A stretch of DNA of 32,000 nucleotides. It comes from Ostreococcus tauri (lineage: Eukaryota). The position numbers were made by a program, and so were the translations under genes. The stretch lies in the NCBI GenBank assembly GCA_000214015.2, contig CAID01000020.2, forward strand, positions 84,641-116,640, given 5' to 3'. A model generated the notes under the pieces. The model saw nothing but the letters and a program-made list of their open reading frames with translations, made no database searches and was not told the origin of the DNA. How positions within the stretch are numbered: position 1 is the first letter of the stretch; every line of letters starts with the position of its first letter. Below are positions 17,394-25,736 of this stretch, one piece after another.

Positions 17394-19187
17394 ATGCGTC
17401 GAATAAAGAACACCCAGACGCGGATGCTCTCGTGTGTGTCGTTTCTGTGCCTCTGTCTCGGTGCGAACGCGGCGTTTGCGCCGACGCGACGGCGATTCGT
17501 CGAGTCGGTGAGAAAAATTCACAGAAGTTCATTCCACTCCAGAGGCAACTTCGACATCTCGGCGAGTCCCGTGGTGTCCGCGACGTCACCGGACGCGGTG
17601 GCGATATCGGGCGGGGCCGTGATGACGATCAGAGGGGTGAATTTCGAGCGTAATTCGCGATGTAAGTTTTTCGCGACGCCGGGCGGACGCGCGAGCGAAG
17701 CCGAGGCGACGAGAGTGACTTCGACCGAGTTGACGTGCGTTTTGCCGGACATGCGAGACGCCGGGAACGTGCACGATGAGGTTTACATTCAAGTTTTCAC
17801 GCGAAACAGCGAATATCACGCGTGGAGCGGGATCGAGGGGAATTTTCAGTGGTCGCGGACGAACTCGTTCGGCGTCGTCCAGGCGGACGCGAGCGCGCCG
17901 GGGTGTTACGGATGTTACTCAACTTCCGCGCCCGCGATCGCGTCGAGGGCGAGAGAATCGTGGACGATCGCGAAAGGAGAGAACACGGGGCCGGAGGACG
18001 GTGGGACGACGATCTTGATAAAATCAACCGTCGCGAGCGGAAGCGGCGCGCGAACCGGGACGTTTTACCAAGGATCGAGCCTGAAATGCGGGGCGTTTTG
18101 CTCGACGTCGTCTCCGAGTGGGTGGGTGAAATCGTTAACGGCCGCGAAGTGGATCGCGAACGATGAGATCGAGTGCGTCACGCCGCCGTGGCCGGGGAAT
18201 GGGGTGACTTCTAGCACGGTGTCGCGCGCGTGTTTGATTCGAGTGACAAACGACGGCGCGACGTTCGATGATTTAATCTCGAGCGGTGGAGACGGAGATG
18301 GGACGCAAACGTTATTGACGAACGCGGCGAAGGTTGATTTTACCTACGTCGCGAGCGGCACCGCACCGAGCGTGACGTCGGTGGCGTCGTCCAGGATGCC
18401 GGCGACGTCTTCGCGGAGCGCGCGCGGTCCGTTCGCCGGCGGCGCCGTCGTCGTCGTTCGCGGGAGTAATTTTTTATCGAGCGTACATTTGGGGTGCAAA
18501 TTTACTGGCGGATCGAGCGGATTCTCGGACGTCGTCGTTCCCGCGACGTACGTGAGCTCGACGGAGGTTCACTGCGTGTCGCCTCGGCGCGACGTGAGCG
18601 ACGAAGACGCGTGGAAGGTGGATTACGGTTCAGGCGCGCCGTGTTTCGACGCCGCGGTGCACGTGTCGAATCAAAAATCGCGATCAAACGAGTGGAGCAC
18701 GTCGTCGGGAACTTTCCATTACTGCGACTTGTACGTCTCATCGAGCGGATCGCGAGACGGCGATGGGACTCCGCTGAGACCGTTTTCGACGATTTCAGAC
18801 GCGGCGCTCAACTCGCTCGTCGATCCAATCGACCCTCAGGGACGCTTCGTCTTGACCGACGAGCACGGATTTGGAGCGGCAACGACACGGAGCATGTGGC
18901 TAAACACCGATGTGGTGCGATTGGAAACCGGGATGTACTCGTCCAAAATATTGTTCGCGTCGAGCGACGACGACGCAGCGACGAGGAAACTCACCATTCG
19001 CGGCGGCGACGCGGTCATCGACTGCGAGGGCGACGACGCACCGAATCTCGAGATCGCGGGATTCTATGTGGATGTGCAGTTCATAAATTGTGGGAAACAT
19101 GGCGAAGCGCTCGTCGAGCGATGCGACATCGTGCGGAATAACGATGGCGGCGATGCGGGTGCATCCTGCGCGTTCTCTCGCGTGTAG
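17394..19187 (+). CDS. Secreted protein with repeated IPT/TIG-like domains and a short C-terminal beta-helix-like start
   Basis: It has a signal-peptide-like N-terminus (MRRIKNTQTRMLSCVSFLCLCLGANAAFA). IPT/TIG-like units include SPDAVAISGGAVMTIRGVNFERNSRCKF...TSTELTCVLP and GPFAGGAVVVVRGSNFLSSVHLGCKF...SSTEVHCVSP. LYVSSSGSRDGDGTPLRPFSTISDAAL resembles the start of pectin-lyase-fold domains. The ORF-track start at 17382 is a TTG. The first ATG is at 17394. Confidence 0.7.
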   Translation: MRRIKNTQTRMLSCVSFLCLCLGANAAFAPTRRRFVESVRKIHRSSFHSRGNFDISASPVVSATSPDAVAISGGAVMTIRGVNFERNSRCKFFATPGGRASEAEATRVTSTELTCVLPDMRDAGNVHDEVYIQVFTRNSEYHAWSGIEGNFQWSRTNSFGVVQADASAPGCYGCYSTSAPAIASRARESWTIAKGENTGPEDGGTTILIKSTVASGSGARTGTFYQGSSLKCGAFCSTSSPSGWVKSLTAAKWIANDEIECVTPPWPGNGVTSSTVSRACLIRVTNDGATFDDLISSGGDGDGTQTLLTNAAKVDFTYVASGTAPSVTSVASSRMPATSSRSARGPFAGGAVVVVRGSNFLSSVHLGCKFTGGSSGFSDVVVPATYVSSTEVHCVSPRRDVSDEDAWKVDYGSGAPCFDAAVHVSNQKSRSNEWSTSSGTFHYCDLYVSSSGSRDGDGTPLRPFSTISDAALNSLVDPIDPQGRFVLTDEHGFGAATTRSMWLNTDVVRLETGMYSSKILFASSDDDAATRKLTIRGGDAVIDCEGDDAPNLEIAGFYVDVQFINCGKHGEALVERCDIVRNNDGGDAGASCAFSRV

Positions 19188-19233
19188 AATTACGAGTTTG
19201 TTTATAAATGCACGCATTGTTGTACAATTATCG

Positions 19234-20358
19234 CTACGGATCGACCACGATTTTCGTCTCCTCGATCTCGGACGAGCGAATGACTTCACCCACGCGTTCC
19301 CCGCGCTCGCGCTCGGCGTTCCAGTCTAAAATTGCCGCGACGTTGGCAAAGCATCCCATGACGTACGCGTCCATCTTGAGATGGTTCACGTGATCCGCGT
19401 TGAACGGGATCTCACACTCCGTCGCCGCGCCCTCGATCCCTAACAGAGCGAACGAGACCGCGAAGACGGCTGGGATCGTCCCCCATCCCCAGCGGTTGAC
19501 GAAGACGAACGGCATCGACGTCAGGTACACCATTAAAAATGTCCGCAAATGGATTACGTAAATCTCCGGAATCTTCGTCGCCCTCAAACGCTCGAGGGCG
19601 CCGACTTGGAGCGCCAAGAATTCACACTGTTTGTTGAGCTCGCCTCGAACGCTCGCATCCGCGAGCGCGCTCGATGGATCGTGAGACGGCGCGCTCGACG
19701 ACGACGAATGATAAAACGCCGTCTTGACGCACCGTCGACACATCGACAGCGCGAACAACGGCGGATGCGTCGCCTCGTTCATCGCCCGCACATCCTCCTC
19801 ACTCAAAATCCCAGTGAACTCCTCTCTCACCGCGCCATCGGATTGTCCGCGTAAGAACGCCTTGCTCGCGGCGGCGAACGCGCACGCCCACGCGCTCGCG
19901 TCGTCCGCGACGCCCTCTCGCCGAGCGTTCCCCGAGGCGTAGATTAAAAACACATCCACGAAATCACGCACACCCGCGGTTATCCCTCCGAACGCGGTTC
20001 GACAGTCCCACCACCGCACCGCGGCGCGCGAGAGACGAAACACTAATAAAAATCCCATGGCGCTAAACGTCAACGAATACGCCGAATCAAAGCTCGTGTT
20101 CACCCCCGTCACCGAGCTCTTCAACGTTTTCGTCTCTCGTAAAATCGTCCAAATCAACGATATCGCGTTCACGCACGCCAACGGCCGCGCGTACGCCCCC
20201 AACGCGCGCTTGGACGTCGACGCGCTCAGCGCCGTGCGCGCCCACGAGCGCGCGTCGTAATCCGGTTGTTTCGCCATCCCCGCCGCCAACGTCGACGCCC
20301 GCGCCCGCGCGTTCAGCACATCATTCATCGTTCGGCGCAATCGCGGCTCGCGCGACAT
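19234..20358 (-). CDS. Bestrophin/UPF0187 (YneE-like) family anion-channel protein
   Basis: The family hallmark is FSAMGFLLVFRLSRAAVRWWDCRTAFGGI (compare LLVFRTNxSYxRWWEGR). There are several hydrophobic helices. The ORF-track start at 20424 is a TTG. The first ATG is at 20358. Confidence 0.8.
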   Translation of the reverse strand: MSREPRLRRTMNDVLNARARASTLAAGMAKQPDYDARSWARTALSASTSKRALGAYARPLACVNAISLIWTILRETKTLKSSVTGVNTSFDSAYSLTFSAMGFLLVFRLSRAAVRWWDCRTAFGGITAGVRDFVDVFLIYASGNARREGVADDASAWACAFAAASKAFLRGQSDGAVREEFTGILSEEDVRAMNEATHPPLFALSMCRRCVKTAFYHSSSSSAPSHDPSSALADASVRGELNKQCEFLALQVGALERLRATKIPEIYVIHLRTFLMVYLTSMPFVFVNRWGWGTIPAVFAVSFALLGIEGAATECEIPFNADHVNHLKMDAYVMGCFANVAAILDWNAERERGERVGEVIRSSEIEETKIVVDP

Positions 20359-20711
20359 CCCACCCGTCGCCGCGATTCGCGCGGATTTGAATACGCGTCG
20401 TCCGCGCGAATCAGAATCAATCAATCAATCGATCGATCGATCAATCAATCACACGCGGTCTCGATCACCCGTCGCCCTCGACCTCCGCGATCGACCCTTC
20501 CGCGTCCACCGATGCGAGACGCACGCCGCAAGACGCGCGCGCGCGACGATCGACCGCGTCGGCGTCCGTGAATCACGATCAGGAACGCATTCGTATTTCA
20601 AACGTGACACTTTTTCATCCATCGTCATCGATCAATCACAATCCAATCCATCCACCGACGTCGACGCCGGACGACCGCGAGAGTACGTCGTCGCACACGA
20701 AAAAAATCCGT

Positions 20712-20755
20712 GTGCCCCATGCGGGTCTCGATCCCGCGGCTTCGGCGTTGCTCTC
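20712..20755 (-). pseudogene. Orphan tRNA-Ile 3' half: last ~8 nt of the intron plus the 36-nt 3' exon, with no 5' exon
   Basis: It is identical to 20916-20959 of the intact gene. Similarity breaks at 20756 (tgaattc versus cgcgact). A T7 run follows on the minus strand (20699-20705). Confidence 0.75.
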
Positions 20756-20900
20756 GTGAATTCAAACGCGACACTTTTTCATGCGCGCATGCATCGGCAT
20801 CATCGCGAAGACGGTCATAATCAATCCATTCCATTCCATCCATTCCATCGAGTCGACCGACGTCGACGCCGGACGACCGCGAGAGTACGTCGTCGCACAC

Positions 20901-20909
20901 AAAAAAAAA
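20901..20909 (-). terminator. RNA polymerase III terminator (T9 on the minus strand)
   Basis: An A9 run on the plus strand lies 6 nt beyond the tRNA 3' end. Confidence 0.7.
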
Positions 20910-20915
20910 TCCTCG

Positions 20916-21035
20916 TGCCCCATGCGGGTCTCGATCCCGCGGCTTCGGCGTTGCTCTCGCGCGACTCTCGTCGCGCTCGCGTACACGCGTCGCTGCGTAT
21001 AAGCACCGCACTCTAACCAACTGAGTTAATGGGGC
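20916..21035 (-). tRNA. trnI-UAU: tRNA-Ile (anticodon UAU) with a 46-nt intron after position 37
   Basis: Manual fold of the minus strand: acceptor GCCCCAT/ATGGGGC; D arm ACTC-AGTTGGTTA-GAGT; anticodon stem CGGTG/CGCCG with loop CT-TAT-A[intron]A; variable AAGCC; T arm GCGGG-ATCGAGA-CCCGC; discriminator A. The A-box and B-box are recognisable. The mature length is 74 nt. Confidence 0.8.
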
Positions 21036-21324
21036 GTGGGGTGTTGTTGGCGAGTCCTGACTCGTGGATGGACACCCGCGTCCGCGCCTCGACACCGCGC
21101 GTGTTGGCGTGGGGAAAGTTATGGGTATTTTTGGTCATCCCGATCATCGATCGTCGCGTCTCGGACGTCCGCGCGCGCGACGTCGCGACGCCCGACGCGG
21201 CGTCCGAGACGCGCGCGGTACATTCGCGCGCGCGATCGACCGGGACGCGGTGCGCGGTGGCGTGGAGCGTCGAGCGATTTGATTGATTTCGCGATCGCGA
21301 TCGCGAACGTCCAATCGTGCGTCG

Positions 21325-21861
21325 ATGCCGACGCTCGACGACGCGCGCGCGGGCGACGGACGCGCGCGCGCGGCGTGCGGGATCCCGGTGGACCTCCCGT
21401 TTCGCGCGTCCGCGTCGACGACGGCGCGGGCGGAGACGGATGATGACGTGGATTTCATCGATGACGTCCTGGACGGATTGCGCGCGAACGTCCTTCGGCG
21501 ACGGATTCCGGCGACGACGCCGCGGGAGCGTCTGAACGCGTATCTCACGGCGTACGCGCACGATGTGTTGAAACGATGCGCGATGGAGACGTCGTGTGGG
21601 GTGAAATCGGAGGCGATGAAGCGATCGATGGATGACGCGCGGGGACGGTTCGCGTGTCCGGGCGACGCCGATTTCGGCGACTTTGCGTCCCTCTTGCGAC
21701 CGCCGGAGAGCGACGAGGAGCGGGAAACGTTTCGGGTTTTTGTGAAAAAGTGTCGGGTGGAATTGGCGAGGCGGTTGGTGGAGCGGTGTTACGACGCGAA
21801 CACCGGGGAGCGGGATAAGTTTTGGATGGCGTTCGCGAAGAGACGCTTCATGAATCGATAG
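21325..21861 (+). CDS. Hypothetical protein (~178 aa)
   Basis: The ORF 21283..21861 starts on a TTG; the first ATG is at 21325. The C-terminal two-thirds have balanced composition (…LNAYLTAYAHDVLKRCAMETSCGVKSEAMKRSMDDARGRFACPGDADFGDF…FWMAFAKRRFMNR*). The overlapping minus-strand 330-aa ORF is R/P-rich junk. Confidence 0.5.
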   Translation: MPTLDDARAGDGRARAACGIPVDLPFRASASTTARAETDDDVDFIDDVLDGLRANVLRRRIPATTPRERLNAYLTAYAHDVLKRCAMETSCGVKSEAMKRSMDDARGRFACPGDADFGDFASLLRPPESDEERETFRVFVKKCRVELARRLVERCYDANTGERDKFWMAFAKRRFMNR

Positions 21862-22001
21862 GCGGAGACGGGGAGGGGGAGACGCCGGTCGGAGAAATAA
21901 ATTGTTGTACATAAAAATCATCCGCCGCGTGCAGTGTGTATCGCGTTTCGCGCGCGCGCGAGCGCAGTGCGTTGCTAGTGTTTCGTCGTCCTCGCGCGCG
22001 C

Positions 22002-23108
22002 TCACGCGGCGCCGCCGCCGGGGAAAGTGAACACCTCGGTCGGCGGCTTGCCTCCGGTGAGCGTGCGGTTCGCCTGTTTCAGCGCGAGCGCCTCTTCCTC
22101 TCTCACCTGACGAATAATCTCAGCCTGGTGCTTCAATCGCTCGGCGCGGTCGATGTCCAATTGCGTCGGCGCTTGACACCCCGAGTCTGAAGCATCGCCG
22201 CCCGAGCTCGAGACCGTGGTCGCGCCGGCGCCGGCGGCGACGATCCACTCGTGCGCGAGCGCCTGCTCGGCGCTCAACCGTTCCTTGGGATCCGTCTCCA
22301 ACAATCCCGCCACCAGAGACTTTGCGGGATTGGAGATGAAATCCCAAACCCCGGGTTCGAGGTGATAGATCCCGTTCCGTATGTTTTGATACAATTGCGC
22401 CTCGTCCTCGTGATCGAACGGCGAGTACCCGGATAACAGGGCGAACAAGATGACGCCGACGCTCCACATGTCGCACGCCGTGGAGTAACACTGCTCCTCG
22501 TTCGCCGACGTCTCGAGCTCTAAAATCTCCGGCGCGATGTACAGTGGCGAACCGCATATCGTTCGCAAAGGCGCGTTCGCCTCTCTGAACCGCGCCAAGC
22601 CGAAATCGATCAACTTCACCGCGCCGCTTCGTCCGCGCGCGTCGCGCTCGTCGGATAACAAAATATTCTCCAACTTTAAATCTCTGTGCACCACGTTATG
22701 CGCGTGCATGTGCGCCACCGCTCTCAAGACCTGCGTTATGACCACCCTCGCCTCGTCCTCCGTGAACGATCCCGCCTGACTCACGCGCTCGAGTAACTCC
22801 CCTCCGCGAACCAACTCGCACACCATGAAGACGTTTCGCTCGGTGACGTACGTCGCGTACAACTCCACGACATTCGGGTGTCGGATCCCACTCAACACCT
22901 CCACCTCGCGCTCGAAGCTCACGTCCCCCGCCGCGTACTTCGTCTTATCCACCACCTTTATCGCCACCTCGCGAAGACTCGCGCGCTCGCGCGCCCGGGC
23001 CACGGTGCTGAACCCACCGCTCCCAATCTTCTCGAGCACCTCGTACTGCGCCGTGATCTCTCCCACGTCTCGGACGTATCGCACCGGCGATCGATGCGTG
23101 GGAATCAT
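22002..23108 (-). CDS. Serine/threonine protein kinase, CAMK-like
   Basis: Kinase motifs are the Gly loop GSGGFSTV, VAIKVVDK, HRDLKLENILL, DFGLAR and GSPLYIAPE. The ORF-track start at 23114 is a GTG. The first ATG is at 23108. Confidence 0.9.
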   Translation of the reverse strand: MIPTHRSPVRYVRDVGEITAQYEVLEKIGSGGFSTVARARERASLREVAIKVVDKTKYAAGDVSFEREVEVLSGIRHPNVVELYATYVTERNVFMVCELVRGGELLERVSQAGSFTEDEARVVITQVLRAVAHMHAHNVVHRDLKLENILLSDERDARGRSGAVKLIDFGLARFREANAPLRTICGSPLYIAPEILELETSANEEQCYSTACDMWSVGVILFALLSGYSPFDHEDEAQLYQNIRNGIYHLEPGVWDFISNPAKSLVAGLLETDPKERLSAEQALAHEWIVAAGAGATTVSSSGGDASDSGCQAPTQLDIDRAERLKHQAEIIRQVREEEALALKQANRTLTGGKPPTEVFTFPGGGAA

Positions 23109-24313
23109 CTCCACGACGTCACCGAATCCGCGTCGTCACCACGATCGCGCGCGGCCGACGTTCGACCGCACGTCGACGCGATGCGCGAATCACGAATCGC
23201 GCGCGATCGATCGAATTCGTCCACGCCCGACGCCCACGCGCGGTGGTCGCCCACGCGCGCGCGCGCGATCGACGACGGTACTATCACCGCACGCCCACGC
23301 GCGCGGCGCGCGCGGTGTCGCGCGTCGCCGTCGCGCGTATCGACGCGATCTGTCGACGCGCGGTGTCGTTCGCGTCGACGCCACGCGCGTGGGCGCACGC
23401 GAGGACGACGTCGGGGGATCACACGGTGTTATACGCGCCACACTATGGATGGGCCCTCGACCGCGCGACGCCACGCGCGCGGTTGGCGCGCGACGACCGA
23501 GGCGCGACGCGCGCGCGACGTCCGCGGGCGTCGCGGCGCGGGAGGCGCGGCGCGTATTTTTTCACACCCGTCTCGCCCGTCACGTGGCGCGCGCGCGCGA
23601 TGGGCGCGCGCGACGCATCGCGACGATCGCTCGAATCCACGCCGCGCGCGATGATGATGATGATGGGCATCCACGGCTGCGCGCGACGCATCGCGATCGT
23701 CGGCGCGCGCGCGCGACGCGGGGGCGAGACGCGGCGAGAGCGATCCACGACCGCGCGCGCGCGCGGTTCTCCGCGATCGCCGCCGCGGCGCGCGCGACGG
23801 ACCACCGCCGATCGGTCGACGGGTCGCGAGAGATGAATCGTCGGCGACGGTCCCGTGACCGACGCGCCCGCGCGCGCGCGCGCGTCGTCGACGACGCGCG
23901 CGGATGAAGCGATGGAAAGAAATTTTCGCGACGCGCGCGCGGGCGTCGCGGGCGCGCGCGCGGCGCGGCGACGACGCGCGCGCGCGAATGTGCCCCGACG
24001 CCGTACCCCAGACACGGACGTCTCGCGCCGCGCGCCCCGCTCGTTTTTTTGTCGTCGCGTCGTGCGTGACTTTCGTGAAATGTGCACACTTTGGCGACGC
24101 GTCGACGACGCGCGCGGCGACGACGCGTCACGATATTCGACGAGAACGAAGACAATTCTATTCTCGATCGAATACGATCCTCCGCGCGCGCGAAGGCGTC
24201 GCGCGCGCCCCGGGTGACGTCGCCAAAGTGCGGTGTTTTCCTATTGTCCCACTGACGCTCAACACATCGCCGCCCCCCATCGCGTCGCGCGCGGTGGTCG
24301 CACGCGCGCGCGC

Positions 24314-24600
24314 ATGGACGCCGAGACCCCGTGCGCGTGGGGTCGCATCCTCGCCGTCGCCATCGACGGCGGCGCCGCGTGCGCGTTCACGGCGTCGCTC
24401 GCGTGGAACGTGCACGCGCTCGTGACGTTGGATGATTTACAGAGCGATCGCGTCAACCCGCACGACGCGAGTCGACGCATCGCGCGCTCGGCGCGCGCGG
24501 AGGCGAGCGCGCACGGTGTCGGCGTCGCGCTGTGCGCGCTGCGGGGACGCCCGATCGCGGTGGTGGTGAACGCGCCGTTGATGTGGTGGCACTGGAATCG
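24314..24600 (+). CDS. CNIH: Cornichon-family ER cargo receptor, exon 1
   Basis: LVTLDDLQSDRVNPHDASRRI and VNAPLMWWHWNR parallel cornichon IIAFDELKTDYKNPIDQCNTLN and LNMPLLAYHIWRY. The exon ends in phase 2 before GTGCGG at 24601. Confidence 0.75.
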
Positions 24601-24616
24601 GTGCGGGACGCGCGAC

Positions 24617-24658
<42 letters not shown>

Positions 24659-24738
24659 ACGACCGCGGGCGACGACGCGGCGGTGGACGACGATGGCGAG
24701 GACTGACCGCGGCGGCGAGATCGCTGGACGACGCGCAG
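24601..24738 (+). other. Cornichon intron (138 nt) containing an (ACG)n microsatellite and an in-frame TGA
   Basis: It has donor GTGCGG, branch-like GACTGAC at 24701-24707 and acceptor CGCAG at 24734-24738. Removal fuses ORF 24233..24706 to ORF 24755..24967, which are in the same frame. Confidence 0.75.
24618..24663. repeat. (CGA/ACG)n trinucleotide microsatellite within the cornichon intron
   Basis: Read directly: cgacgacgacgac..., with one interruption. Confidence 0.9.
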
Positions 24739-24967
24739 GTGGCGAGAGGGACGGTTGAGCGCGGACGCGACGGAGATTTTCGCCGCGGCGGACGCCGAGC
24801 GCGTCGCGCGCGGACGCAAGCTCGCCTTTTTAGCGTGCGTGGTCATGATCGCCGCGTACGCCGTCACGCACGCCGTCGTGCACTCGCTCATGACCAAGGC
24901 TGGAAGGGAGGCGTTGGCGAAAATCTTGCGAGAGGCGTCGCACTCGCCGATGTATCACATGTTTTGA
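24739..24967 (+). CDS. CNIH: Cornichon-family ER cargo receptor, exon 2
   Basis: (R)WREGRLSADATEIFAAADAERVARGRKLAFLACVVMIAAYAV... parallels the cornichon C-terminal part (…[25 protein letters not shown]…). TGA is at 24965-24967. Confidence 0.75.
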
Positions 24968-25076
24968 CCCCCGCGCGCGCCGGTGGACGTCGACGCATCG
25001 ATAGCGCATCAATAGCCACCCACTACAGTACAAATCACCATTCGCATCGCTCGCGCGAAGACGTCCCGACGCGAAT

Positions 25077-25625
25077 TCACTTCGTTCGAGGATCGTCCCG
25101 CGTCTTGATCACCCCGTACGCGCTCGAAAACACCAAAAACCCCCCCGTGAACGGCGTGAAGAACGGATAGAGCGTCCCCTCGATCCACCCATCGAGGGAT
25201 TCCGGGAAAACCCCGAACGCGCTCGCCCCCAGCACCACCCCGATCGCGAAGATCACCGCGATGTACGCCGAGAGAAACCGCACGTACGCCTCCTCCGTCG
25301 CCGCCGTCGCCGTCTTCTCCCCCGTCCCGCGCGCCGCCGCCACCGCCGCGGAGTCCACGTCCACGCGCGCCCGACGCGTCGGTCGCTTCGAGCGCGTCAC
25401 CCGTTCGCGCGCGTCCACGCGCGCGGCGTCCGAGGCGTCGACGTCGTCGATGCGATCGCCGTCGCGATCCTTTCCACGCGTCGACCGCGCCGTCGTTCGC
25501 GCCGTCGTTCGCGCCGTCGTTCGCGAACGCGAAGGCGTCGTTCGCGAACCCGACGCGCGCGGGATGGCGCGCATCGTCGTCGTCGCGGCGCGGGATGGCG
25601 CGAGCGGTGCGATCGATTCGCGCAT
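25077..25625 (-). CDS. Small chloroplast-type membrane protein with two C-terminal TM helices; tentatively LPA2-like (low PSII accumulation 2)
   Basis: It has an S/T/R-rich transit-peptide-like N-terminus. The C-terminus YVRFLSAYIAVIFAIGVVLGASAFGVFPESLDGWIEGTLYPFFTPFTGGFLVFSSAYGVIK resembles, from memory, the LPA2 pattern ...GFLPEE...YPxFTP...AYGVxKY. The family name is tentative. Confidence 0.6.
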   Translation of the reverse strand: MRESIAPLAPSRAATTTMRAIPRASGSRTTPSRSRTTARTTARTTARSTRGKDRDGDRIDDVDASDAARVDARERVTRSKRPTRRARVDVDSAAVAAARGTGEKTATAATEEAYVRFLSAYIAVIFAIGVVLGASAFGVFPESLDGWIEGTLYPFFTPFTGGFLVFSSAYGVIKTRDDPRTK

Positions 25626-25736
25626 CGTCGCGTCACGCGTGTGAAAAAATGAAAAAAATCACCACGACGCGACGCGCGCGACGCGCGCGACGCGCGAGAC
25701 GCGCGAGACGCGATCGGGACGCGGCGTCGACGCGTC

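Larger units (their letters stand above)
20598..20960. repeat. Tandem duplication (units ~20598-20758 and ~20759-20960) carrying the tRNA 3' exon, its terminator and downstream flank
   Basis: Shared blocks are tcaaacg(t/c)gacactttttcat..., ccgacgtcgacgccggacgaccgcgagagtacgtcgtcgcacac, an A-run, and gtgccccatgcgggtctcgatcccgcggcttcggcgttgctctcg. Unit 2 has an extra (ATTCC)-like insert. Confidence 0.85.

Noticed and set aside
21013-22005. 330-aa minus-strand ORF spanning the tRNA gene and the 21325..21861 hypothetical gene
   Set aside because: Its composition is R/P/H-rich and repetitive. It overlaps a well-folded tRNA gene, and its 3' end would run into the kinase gene. The plus-strand ORF has more protein-like composition.
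23640-23680. Possible C/D-box snoRNA suggested by gcgATGATGATGATGATGggc (C-box-like UGAUGA)
   Set aside because: It is just an (ATG)5 microsatellite. I could not find a matching CUGA D box with a terminal stem at an appropriate distance.
22825-23907. 360-aa plus-strand ORF running antisense through the kinase N-terminus into the CpG spacer
   Set aside because: The first part is antisense to unmistakable kinase subdomains. The remainder is Arg/Ala-rich with no features.
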